Shown: positions 1 to 8,554 of the stretch, piece after piece
Layout: each line of letters opens with the position of its first letter
Position numbering within the stretch: the stretch's first letter is position 1
IMG/VR virus record: IMGVR_UViG_3300028048_000068
Coordinates: 64,001 to 128,000 of that record
Origin: a virus
Taxonomy: Duplodnaviria > Caudoviricetes
DNA: 64,000 bases
Strand: one strand, 5' to 3'
Notes under the pieces: model-generated
Told to the model about the DNA's origin: nothing
The model's database searches: none
The model's input: the letters and a program-made list of their open reading frames with translations, nothing else
Program-made: the position numbers and the translations under genes

Positions 1-1
1 G

Positions 2-2908
2 ACCTATAATGACATAGTTGGCACAACTCAAGCCCAAATCGCTGCATTAGACCAAGTTAAACAAAAAAACAAAGAACTTCTTGAGTCAAACCAGCGTCAA
101 CTTGCAGACTATAGAGCACAACAGCAATATGTAAGTTGGACCGATGGTAATGGAGAATCTCAACGTACATTAATTAATATTGGTCAATTCTTAGCTAGTG
201 ATGGAAAAATCGACTATAATGCAATTCAAAGTTTTGCTGGTGGTAATCGAGCTTTACAAGAGGCCCTCTTTAAAGAGGTAAGCTCTGGTAAGGATATGGC
301 TGATGGAATGCGCAATGCGCTTAAAGCAATTGCTGATGCTGATCAACAGATTGCAGACCTTGGTAAGAAAATTTCTGAAGCATTCTATCAATGGGAGAAT
401 GAACTTACTGAAGTATATAGTTTAACAAAACGTATTAATAATGAAGTTTCATTTACAAATAGATTTACTTCTCAAGTAGAACTTGAACTTGCTAAACTTG
501 GCGCAGGCTTTACTGACACCGCGAAAGCTATTGCAAATACACGAAATGTATTAATACGTAATAATGCTACTATTCAAGCACAAATTAAAAATCAGCAACA
601 AATGGTTGCTGCTCGTCAGCGAGAACTCGAGGCAGCATTAAGTTATGAGGACGAAGTCAATAAATATAAAAAATTTGAAGCCAAAACCGATTGGGATTCT
701 GAAGCAACCAAAACTGCGACACTTGAGTGGGCTAAAAATTTAGAAACAGGCGCAAGGCTTGGCTATAAATATGTTGCAGACAGTATTTTTAAAGATATTG
801 ATGGGTCTATTCAATATCAAATTGATTGGGAAAAATTTAATGCAGATAATGAAGCTAATCCATATTCAAAAGCTGATTATGAAGCAATTAAGAAATATCT
901 TGATGACCTTGATAGCGCGGCGACAGAGTTTAATAATTCAATTAAAGACCAAACAGACTTCATCAAGCAAACCTATGATGCTCTTAAGGAGTATCAAGAT
1001 TATGTTGCTGATATGGAAGATACTCTTATTAAGGGTGTTGAAGAAGAAATTGAAGAAGCTAAGGATAATGCAAAACAAATCAGTGATTCAATCACTAGCG
1101 CATTAAAAGACTTACTTGATGAGGTTAAGCGTAAACTTGATGAGCGTAGAAAACAAGAAGATAATGCGAAGACCGAAAGAGATATATCGCAAAAACAGCA
1201 ACGTCTTGCTATGCTGCGCGCGGATACCGCGGGCGGACATCAAGTTGAAATTGCACAACTTGAAAAAGAAATTGCTGATTCACAACAATCATATCAAAGA
1301 ACTTTAGAAGATCAATTACTTGATAGATTACAACAACAAGCTGATGAGGCTTCTGAACAAAGAGAGCGCCAAATCGCATTGATGGAAGCTGGTAATCAAA
1401 TTGATGCATCGACCAATAAAGAATTGGTTGACATGTGGCTGAAAGACCCTGAAAAGTATAAGGAAGAAATTAAAGCGGCATGGTTAGAAGCTCAAGGATA
1501 TGATGAGAAAGGTGAAGCTGGACAATATGTACTTGAAAGTCAATTTGAATCTGATTTCGCTCAATTAGTTACTGCCGTTGAGGAGTCAAATTTCAAAGAT
1601 AGTTTTAATGCATTAACAGCTGATACGAATTCACTCGCGGCATTACTTAATGAATTAACCAATGGACAACTTGGCAGAGAAGACGAACTTGCTCATAACA
1701 CTAATGCATTATTAGATGTTACAGATAGAAATACAACTTCTATTTTAACCGAAATGCAGAAGCAAAATTCTGCAGCAATGTTAAAAGCTAAAGGAGCAGA
1801 TGCGACCATTCTTAAAACTTTGGGCTATACAGCTCAACAAATGCTTGAAGGCAATTATACACCTGAAGAATTACGACAAGCTGGCTATACTGCAAAAGAA
1901 CTTGCAGAAGGTGGACTAACTGATGTAAGTGCTTTAAAGAATGCTGGATATGGCGCAAAAGATATAAAAGATGCCAATGTTGGTAATGCATCTGATTTCA
2001 AAGAAGCTGGATTTACTGCTGAAGAATTAAAGGATTTATTTAGTCTTGATGAATTAGTTGATGCTTTATTTGATGCTAAAGCCCTTAAAAATGCTGGGTA
2101 TGATGCCAATACTCTTAAGGGAGCGGGATTCGGCATTCAACAGCTGAAAGATGCAGGATTTACATTACCACAATTAAAGAGTGCTTTTTCTGCCACAGAA
2201 TTTGGTGCTGGTGGTATTAGCTATGACGATGCAAAAGCCGCAGGATATGGACTAAATGATTTAAAGCCAGTACTCGAATATGCATCTCGAGCACAACAAG
2301 AACAAGCTGCTATCGACGCGGCCGCGGCCGCTGCGGCAGCCGCAGCACGTGTAGGCAATGGAAATCCTTATGGCGCTGCAAGTCAAACCTCTGGCAAAAT
2401 TAATAAAGGTGATAAAGGAAATCAAGTTCGTTCAATTCAATGGGCTCTTAAACAAATGGGATATTACCATAACTCTATTGATGGAGATTTTGGTAATAAT
2501 ACGAAAAATGCAGTTAAGGCATTTCAAAGAGCTACTGGTATTAGTCAAGATGGAGTGGTTGGAAATCAAACACGTAAAAAATTTGCGGTTTATGGTTATA
2601 AAACCGGTGGTCTTGCTGATTATACCGGTCCAGCTTGGCTCGATGGTACCCCATCAAAACCAGAGCTTGTACTTAATCCAACAGACACAAAGAATTTCCT
2701 TGCACTTCGCGACGTATTAAGTAGTGCAATGAAGTCAACTAGCGCGGTTACAAATTCATATGGCGGCGACGTAATGTATGATATTAATATTCATGTAGAT
2801 AAGATTGAAAAAGATTACGACGTAGATAGAGTAGTAGATAAAGTTAAAAAAGAAATTACAAAAGGCGCCAGTTATAGAAATGTAACGCAAGTTAGAAACT
2901 TTAAATAA
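2..2908 (+). CDS. Tail tape measure protein, C-terminal part (5'-truncated by the window), with LKxAG(Y/F) repeats and a peptidoglycan-binding domain
   Basis: The frame is open from nt 2, upstream of the listed Met at 296. It has a long coiled-coil region, a PG_binding_1-like motif (GDKGNQVRSIQWALKQMGYY..DGDFG..T..AVKAFQ...GISQDGVVG) and a TMP-type C-terminus (YKTGGLADYTGPAWLDGTPSKPELVL). Confidence 0.75.
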   Translation, partial: TYNDIVGTTQAQIAALDQVKQKNKELLESNQRQLADYRAQQQYVSWTDGNGESQRTLINIGQFLASDGKIDYNAIQSFAGGNRALQEALFKEVSSGKDMADGMRNALKAIADADQQIADLGKKISEAFYQWENELTEVYSLTKRINNEVSFTNRFTSQVELELAKLGAGFTDTAKAIANTRNVLIRNNATIQAQIKNQQQMVAARQRELEAALSYEDEVNKYKKFEAKTDWDSEATKTATLEWAKNLETGARLGYKYVADSIFKDIDGSIQYQIDWEKFNADNEANPYSKADYEAIKKYLDDLDSAATEFNNSIKDQTDFIKQTYDALKEYQDYVADMEDTLIKGVEEEIEEAKDNAKQISDSITSALKDLLDEVKRKLDERRKQEDNAKTERDISQKQQRLAMLRADTAGGHQVEIAQLEKEIADSQQSYQRTLEDQLLDRLQQQADEASEQRERQIALMEAGNQIDASTNKELVDMWLKDPEKYKEEIKAAWLEAQGYDEKGEAGQYVLESQFESDFAQLVTAVEESNFKDSFNALTADTNSLAALLNELTNGQLGREDELAHNTNALLDVTDRNTTSILTEMQKQNSAAMLKAKGADATILKTLGYTAQQMLEGNYTPEELRQAGYTAKELAEGGLTDVSALKNAGYGAKDIKDANVGNASDFKEAGFTAEELKDLFSLDELVDALFDAKALKNAGYDANTLKGAGFGIQQLKDAGFTLPQLKSAFSATEFGAGGISYDDAKAAGYGLNDLKPVLEYASRAQQEQAAIDAAAAAAAAAARVGNGNPYGAASQTSGKINKGDKGNQVRSIQWALKQMGYYHNSIDGDFGNNTKNAVKAFQRATGISQDGVVGNQTRKKFAVYGYKTGGLADYTGPAWLDGTPSKPELVLNPTDTKNFLALRDVLSSAMKSTSAVTNSYGGDVMYDINIHVDKIEKDYDVDRVVDKVKKEITKGASYRNVTQVRNFK

Positions 2909-2910
2909 GC

Positions 2911-2946
2911 AATAAAAAAAGAGGACTATTAAGTCCTCTTTTTATT
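2911..2946. terminator. Bidirectional intrinsic terminator
   Basis: AATAAAAAAAGAGGACT-ATTA-AGTCCTCTTTTTATT lies between convergent genes. Confidence 0.85.
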
Positions 2947-2950
2947 TGTC

Positions 2951-3337
2951 TTATTCCATAAAAGGCATAAGTACTTCTAGCTCATCTGGTGTACATTCTA
3001 CATCTTCTCCAAGGTCTGCAAGGGATAGGCCATAATTCTCAATCTGTACTTCCAGATTCTGGAGGTCTTCAAGTGCCTGATTACACTCATCAACCATGCC
3101 ATCTTTAATCATAATCTGATTCCCGTCCTCACTAAAAACAAGTTGGTCATTATCATCTTTCTTTGCGTACTTGTTAACGATTTCCTGGAATTTTTCTACA
3201 TAATATTCGCCTTCTACCTCAACTGCTTTCTTAATTTTATTTAACTTATAAGCTCCCTTAAGTGGAAGAGATGTTTCCGCAAAGAAATCTCCATTATTTC
3301 TAAAAGCAATTATTTGGTCCATTGTTACATTAACCAT
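2951..3337 (-). CDS. Hypothetical acidic phage protein
   Basis: 128 aa ORF with GGAGG RBS. Confidence 0.7.
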   Translation of the reverse strand: MVNVTMDQIIAFRNNGDFFAETSLPLKGAYKLNKIKKAVEVEGEYYVEKFQEIVNKYAKKDDNDQLVFSEDGNQIMIKDGMVDECNQALEDLQNLEVQIENYGLSLADLGEDVECTPDELEVLMPFME

Positions 3338-3350
3338 TAACTAACCTCCA

Positions 3351-4124
3351 TTATTCCCAATCGAATATTTCGACTTTTTTCTTATGTGTTTCACTTATAT
3401 ATTTACCGATACCAATAGCATCAGCCACGTCATCAGAAACAGATACATCAAACCATTCTTTTACTCTCATTTGCATAGAGCGTTTTCTGTCTGCTCGTGC
3501 GCGTCCCTTGACTCCACAATGAGAGCGCCACGTAGCAGGTGGTACGATTACATAATCGGCTTTCTGTTCTGCACATGTAGCCATTAATATACCTTGTAAT
3601 CGTGCGAGTGTTTGATAAGTTGTTACTCCAACGGTTTTATTGTTTAATTGTTGTAATTGAATACCTTCAATACCTATAATATCAGGTTTCCAATTAGCGA
3701 TTAACTGTATAAGCCAGTTTTTAATTTCAATATCACGCTCAATTTCATCATCCGCGATCGCCTCAAAAGTACCAGCATAGATAAGTTCTCCATCATCAAA
3801 TATAGAATAACCAGTAATATGAGTAGCCTGGTCTAATCCAATTGAACGCTGTTTATCTTTTTTCTTTGGGATAATCTTATCATCGAAATAAGTAAATTGA
3901 TTTTTAATGCAAATAGGACATTCCCACTTGTCCCTAACCTTTTTATACGGCAGAAACACATGATGTCCTTCTTCACATATAAATTCAAGAGTTGAATCTA
4001 AATTCTTATATTCTTCTGATATAAGTTCCCAATTATGTTCTATCGCCGCCTTTCTTACATCATCAAGATATATTTTAGCCAATCGTACCTGTAGAACCGA
4101 ATCCGCCTCCGCGGTCTTCGCCAA
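3351..4124 (-). CDS. RuvC-like Holliday junction resolvase with N-terminal Zn-binding module
   Basis: SIGLDQAT..TGYS, IGIEG and DDVADAIGIG RuvC motifs, plus CEEGH...CPIC. The true start may be near 4082. Confidence 0.75.
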   Translation of the reverse strand: MAKTAEADSVLQVRLAKIYLDDVRKAAIEHNWELISEEYKNLDSTLEFICEEGHHVFLPYKKVRDKWECPICIKNQFTYFDDKIIPKKKDKQRSIGLDQATHITGYSIFDDGELIYAGTFEAIADDEIERDIEIKNWLIQLIANWKPDIIGIEGIQLQQLNNKTVGVTTYQTLARLQGILMATCAEQKADYVIVPPATWRSHCGVKGRARADRKRSMQMRVKEWFDVSVSDDVADAIGIGKYISETHKKKVEIFDWE

Positions 4125-5001
4125 TTTCTCCTACAGATTCCACTTGCACGAATTCTGCCTTTGGAACTTGAACTAATCGCATTTGTGCGAATCTCTGACC
4201 CGGCGCGATTGTATAAGATTCTCCATGTAATATGGATTTAATGTGTATGTTACCGGTGGAATCAAATTCGTAGTCGATATCTTTGAAAGGTGGCTCAATG
4301 TTTTCCACGATGACTCCAATTTCATCACGGTATCCGCTGTCAATGAGTCCAGGAGTGTTTGCAATTCGAAGTTTAGTTTTTGCCGACTGACCACTCCTAG
4401 GTTGGATAAGTAAAGCATATCCCTCTGGGATTGCCGCCTTAATACCTGTTGGTATAATAACCGTTTCGCCTGGCGCGATTGTATATTCATCTGGAGAATA
4501 TATATCCATCCCAGCATCTGTATCGTGAGCGTAAGTTGGAATATCGGTTCCTTCGGTAAGTTCGCAGGGTATACGCACCACTCGATTCATTGTATTGATA
4601 GTTTCTTCCAGTTGATTACTAACCATTGTATAGATTTCTTTAAGAAAATCCTTCTTTGGTTCACTTAAGAAATCAATTGAGTTAATTGCTTCGAGCGCAG
4701 TTTCAAAATCAGCCCTTGCGGCTTCTTTTGTGTAGCCCTGCGCGATAGCAAGTGTTCTAAACTCTGTAATACTTTCGGGCTCACGAAGCGTTTCTGCAAA
4801 TAGTTGTAAGAACTGCGGTCTTAACTCATTAAAAGAATCATCATCAAGACTCATAAGTGATTCAAACATATCAAGACCACCGATAAGGTCGATTGCATCT
4901 TGATTGTCTTCATAGAACTGTTGGAGCTCTTCATCAGATATTTCAGAATCAAATGTGTCTTCTTCGATAATTTCTAAACCTTTCTTTTCTTCATCATTCA
5001 T
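4075..5001 (-). CDS. dut: dUTPase with long acidic N-terminal extension
   Basis: Trimeric dUTPase motifs AGMDI, PRSG, GLIDSGYRDEI, RFAQ and RGGGFGSTG. The start is taken at the ATG downstream of GGAGG (5001). Confidence 0.9.
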   Translation of the reverse strand: MNDEEKKGLEIIEEDTFDSEISDEELQQFYEDNQDAIDLIGGLDMFESLMSLDDDSFNELRPQFLQLFAETLREPESITEFRTLAIAQGYTKEAARADFETALEAINSIDFLSEPKKDFLKEIYTMVSNQLEETINTMNRVVRIPCELTEGTDIPTYAHDTDAGMDIYSPDEYTIAPGETVIIPTGIKAAIPEGYALLIQPRSGQSAKTKLRIANTPGLIDSGYRDEIGVIVENIEPPFKDIDYEFDSTGNIHIKSILHGESYTIAPGQRFAQMRLVQVPKAEFVQVESVGEIGEDRGGGFGSTGTIG

Positions 5002-5218
5002 AATCGTCCCAAACTCCTCCAAGTACTTTAGTTATTTTACATACCCAAACCTCTCCAATAATTTCACCTTTGGCCTTCTTTGTTTTATAGGTATATCCAT
5101 TGGCGCCGAGTATATATCCTTCGCTATGAGAATCTTTACGTGCCTTCTCAATCAGTGCAATAGCTTCTTCTTCGGTGTCAACAACAAATTCATCTGTCTG
5201 CTTAATTAATCTCATCAT
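4994..5218 (-). CDS. Hypothetical protein
   Basis: 74 aa, translationally coupled to both neighbours. Confidence 0.65.
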   Translation of the reverse strand: MMRLIKQTDEFVVDTEEEAIALIEKARKDSHSEGYILGANGYTYKTKKAKGEIIGEVWVCKITKVLGGVWDDYE

Positions 5219-7097
5219 TATTCTCCTATTGTTATAAGTTCTCCGCTATAAGGAAGTGTTTTAATCCAGTCGCAAAAATCTGTCCACTCACGCAGTTTAT
5301 GATTCTTACGCTGGAAATATATATTACGTAGATTCGCATAGGACATTGTCACAGTACGAGTCTGCAAATATGCACTTGGAAGTATTTGTATAAGTGCGCG
5401 CCAGTAAGCCTTATCGCCAGTTTCAAGAAACTTTAAACGTAAATTTTCACACATTGTAACTATGTCTTCTACATAATCTTCAAATCTATATTCCCATCCA
5501 TCAGAATGTGGAGCAGTACCTGAAGCTACAATAAGGTCAAGCCCATCGAATTCAAACATTTCTTTTGTAATTGGAATTGATGAAAGTTTATGCATTGTAG
5601 ATGTGGAGTTTGCGACCGTGCCTACTTTATAAGTATCAAACTCTTTCCCATTTGTGGACTATCTTTTACTATATTTCTATAGGATACCATTTCGGCATTT
5701 AAGATGCTTCGTTTCCTAAAACATCGCTACGTATCAATAGTAGCCCTACTCCCCTGCCCAGAAGGTGGAGGGGATAGTCTCTACAGGTTCATAATTATAA
5801 CAAATCTTTTAAAGAGTATTTCATATTAAATGGAATGATAACTAATCGAATATTATGTTTTTTACAATATTCTTGTTTAAGTTCATCATGTTTAGTCATG
5901 ATTTCAAAATTATTACCCCAGTCTCCATCTGGTTGAATATAATGCTGTTTACCATTATATTCTATTAAATGGGATAATTTATGATTACTATTAAAAATAG
6001 CAAAATCAAAACGTAGATGGCCGCCGTTTAAGCCAAATAAATCTGGAAAGGTGTATTGTGTGGCAAATTCAATATTATTTTCTTGTAACATCTTAGCAAT
6101 ATTTTGTTCATTTAAAGAGTGAACACATCCGCAACTTTTAACATAACCTGCACGAATAGACGAGCCACGAGTAATAAAATAATTACCACAATGTTTACAC
6201 ATACATCTCCATAGCGCTGTTCCTTGTTCGTCTGACCCTGCGCGAGAAATAATTTTTAAGTTTTCATCCTCATAATTAGACATATCAATGGTATTATTAG
6301 AAGCTTTTTCTTTTTGTAAGCATCCACAAGATTTTGTATGTCCATTATTTAAATTGCGAGTATCTACATCCAATTCATTTCCACAACGACATTTACAGTG
6401 CCACTTGCCGCCTTTTATATAAAACATTGGTGTTAAATACCCAAATTGTTTACCAGTAATATCTACTCTTGGTTTTGATTTTCTAGTTTGTTTTTCCATT
6501 CTATTTTCCTCCTTCTACTTATAAGTAGAAAAAGGTTTCTTACTCTTTAAGATTTTGAAACTTTTATGTTTCCCACGGGATTCTATGGGTAGTTCCCCGT
6601 TAGCCGCTCATGCGACCCCTACCGATAAGTAGGAAAAGTATTTCATTGGCAGAAAGAATTACCTACCAATACAATGGCGCCGTTATATCGACCGACACAA
6701 AGATTTGTCTCATAAATTTAGCGTGTTCATTTCCTGCTAAAACTAACCTCTGTGCCAAATTAAGGTCGCCCGGTCCAATAAAAGCAACTTCATAAACATG
6801 GTTATGCTCATCTACTCGTAAAATACCTTCAGTGCTTAGCCATTGTTCATACTTTTCTAATACATTATAATACTCATTATAGTCTTCCATATCATGACTA
6901 TATTCTTCGAGTCCGCGCTCTCTACGTTTAATATTCTCGTTTTCAATCCATGCATCACAAACATCAGTTAATGAGTCATCATCAAAAATACTGACTAAAC
7001 CAAAACAGCTATCAGACTTATCCCATGAGTTCATGGGGTTGCGCATACCTCTGATACTACCTTCAAAATTATAAACATGTGTATTTTCAAATTTCAT
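5218..7097 (-). CDS. thyX: ThyX-like FAD-dependent thymidylate synthase, spliced: exon1 7097-6665, exon2 5648-5218 (287 aa)
   Basis: Joining the exons restores ...ITAPLYW-W-KEFDTYKVGTVANSTSTMHKL...LPSAYLQTRTVTMSYANLRNIYFQRKNHKLREW. It is a divergent family lacking the canonical RHRxxS motif. Confidence 0.75.
5795..6499 (-). CDS. Intron-encoded homing endonuclease (two Cys-rich repeats plus a Vsr/DUF559-like nuclease domain)
   Basis: Two WxCxCxxG...KSCGC repeats and a C-terminal RFDFAI...IEYNGKQHY...D..K.EYC..HNI.L..IP. It lies inside the intron. Confidence 0.8.
   Translation of the reverse strand: MEKQTRKSKPRVDITGKQFGYLTPMFYIKGGKWHCKCRCGNELDVDTRNLNNGHTKSCGCLQKEKASNNTIDMSNYEDENLKIISRAGSDEQGTALWRCMCKHCGNYFITRGSSIRAGYVKSCGCVHSLNEQNIAKMLQENNIEFATQYTFPDLFGLNGGHLRFDFAIFNSNHKLSHLIEYNGKQHYIQPDGDWGNNFEIMTKHDELKQEYCKKHNIRLVIIPFNMKYSLKDLL
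6520..6549 (-). promoter_or_regulatory. Putative phage-specific (late) promoter TAAAG-N17-TACTTATA overlapping an RBS-sequestering hairpin
   Basis: The same bipartite motif occurs at 32657, 37541 and 58704. A palindrome spans 6513-6530. Confidence 0.6.
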
Positions 7098-7130
7098 ATA
7101 AAGACTCCTTTCTTCATTTTCTATATATAT

Positions 7131-7159
7131 ATTATATCAGAAAAAAATTTTTTTGTCAA
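7131..7159 (-). promoter_or_regulatory. Sigma-A/70 promoter for thyX
   Basis: TTGACA-17-TATAAT with an extended -10 TG. Confidence 0.85.
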
Positions 7160-7175
7160 AATTTAAAACGCCGGA

Positions 7176-7385
7176 TTACTCCGACGTTTTGTTGCTACCA
7201 TCTTTTAGTCCTTCAGTATAACCTAAAGTATATTGTCTACGCATTTCTTCTTTTATATTTTCAAAAGCTTTAGGAAAACAACTACCAACTAAAAATTCAA
7301 AAGATATTTCTTTCATATTTAATTCTTTAACTTTTTTATGAAGTTTATGAAATTTCTCATAACTTACATGTAAATCATCAATCAT
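7176..7385 (-). CDS. Hypothetical protein
   Basis: 69 aa, overlaps the nrdG stop. Confidence 0.6.
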   Translation of the reverse strand: MIDDLHVSYEKFHKLHKKVKELNMKEISFEFLVGSCFPKAFENIKEEMRRQYTLGYTEGLKDGSNKTSE

Positions 7386-7881
7386 TTTTTATCTCCCAAT
7401 GATTATTTTTTCTTATCCATATACGTTGATTGCGGCTTCCCCTTAGTTGTAAAGATAAGTCTTTTTCTTTTTCGATAAAAGGCCCATCAACTAATATGTC
7501 AATTGTATTTAATATATTTAATAGGTTTTCACTAGGCTGAACCATTAGTTCTTCATAAGTATAGCCTGTCCATAGAATAATTTCAATAGTTGGATATGCA
7601 TGACGTACTGCGTCAATAACTTCCCAAGTCATATCTATGTTTTGTGCCGCCAATGGCTCGCCACCTAATACTGAAAAATTACGATTAATGTTATTGGCTG
7701 CGATTGCTTTAATAATATTCCATTTTACTTCGGGAGTGTAAGGTACACCCCCATGAAAATCCCAAGTTTCTTCATTAAAACAGCCTGGACAGTGGTGCGG
7801 GCAGCCTTGTACAAAAAAACTGACACACACCCCATGTCCGTTGACAACATCATTCGGTATTATTGCACTATATCTACTCAT
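7378..7881 (-). CDS. nrdG: Anaerobic ribonucleotide reductase activase
   Basis: GCPHHCPGCFN radical SAM motif, LGGEPL, D.LVDGPF and LRGSRNQR. Confidence 0.95.
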   Translation of the reverse strand: MSRYSAIIPNDVVNGHGVCVSFFVQGCPHHCPGCFNEETWDFHGGVPYTPEVKWNIIKAIAANNINRNFSVLGGEPLAAQNIDMTWEVIDAVRHAYPTIEIILWTGYTYEELMVQPSENLLNILNTIDILVDGPFIEKEKDLSLQLRGSRNQRIWIRKNNHWEIKND

Positions 7882-8554
7882 TTACATACTCCCATCTAAA
7901 GCCGCCACAATGTTTTAATTTACCTTTACAACATTTTGTAATGGCACTACTATCTATTTTTAAAGTTGTCGCTGCTTCTTTAATACTATCAAAGGTATTG
8001 ATAATATTATTATTATCATCTTTTTGATATACTTTTAATTTTCCACCTTGACGACTTTTATATGGTTTTATAATTTTAGTATCGTCTACTATTTTAAATT
8101 GATAGTTTTTAGTGGATAATCTATATCCTTGTAAAATACCATAAATAGCACTACGAGATACTCCAATAGCTTTTGCGGCCTCAGTAATATTAGGATAAGT
8201 AGTAATATAATTACCTTCTAAATCATATAATTCTATTGGTTTTCCTAAATGAATATGACTTTCGTCTCCACCTAATGTAGAATTATATCCATTATAATAA
8301 CTATCATAATAAGCAATCCAATATTGCTCTCTTTGATTTAATAATTCTTCATTACATTCTTCAATAATTTCGAAAGTAAAATTTTCTATTCCATACTTTC
8401 TCATTGCTTTATAAATCACCATATTATAATCCTTACAATTAGGATTATTATAATTAGATTTATGACCGCGCCATCTATTCGGAATATCTTTAGATAATCC
8501 TATATATACATGATGGTTTATTAAATTTTCAATTTTATAAATTCCACTAATCAT
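7874..8554 (-). CDS. Free-standing GIY-YIG homing endonuclease with NUMOD1-like repeats
   Basis: SGIYKIEN...VYIG and REQYWIAYYDS..NGYN. It sits between nrdD and nrdG and overlaps both. Confidence 0.88.
   Translation of the reverse strand: MISGIYKIENLINHHVYIGLSKDIPNRWRGHKSNYNNPNCKDYNMVIYKAMRKYGIENFTFEIIEECNEELLNQREQYWIAYYDSYYNGYNSTLGGDESHIHLGKPIELYDLEGNYITTYPNITEAAKAIGVSRSAIYGILQGYRLSTKNYQFKIVDDTKIIKPYKSRQGGKLKVYQKDDNNNIINTFDSIKEAATTLKIDSSAITKCCKGKLKHCGGFRWEYVNE

Larger units (their letters stand above)
5649..6664 (-). ncRNA. Group I intron in thyX (1016 nt)
   Basis: The 5' exon ends in U. P1 is UUGGU/AG pairing with CUGCCAA, with U.G at the splice site. P7 is GAGACUA / AAGAUAGUCC. The intron ends in G and removal restores the frame. 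Confidence 0.92.
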
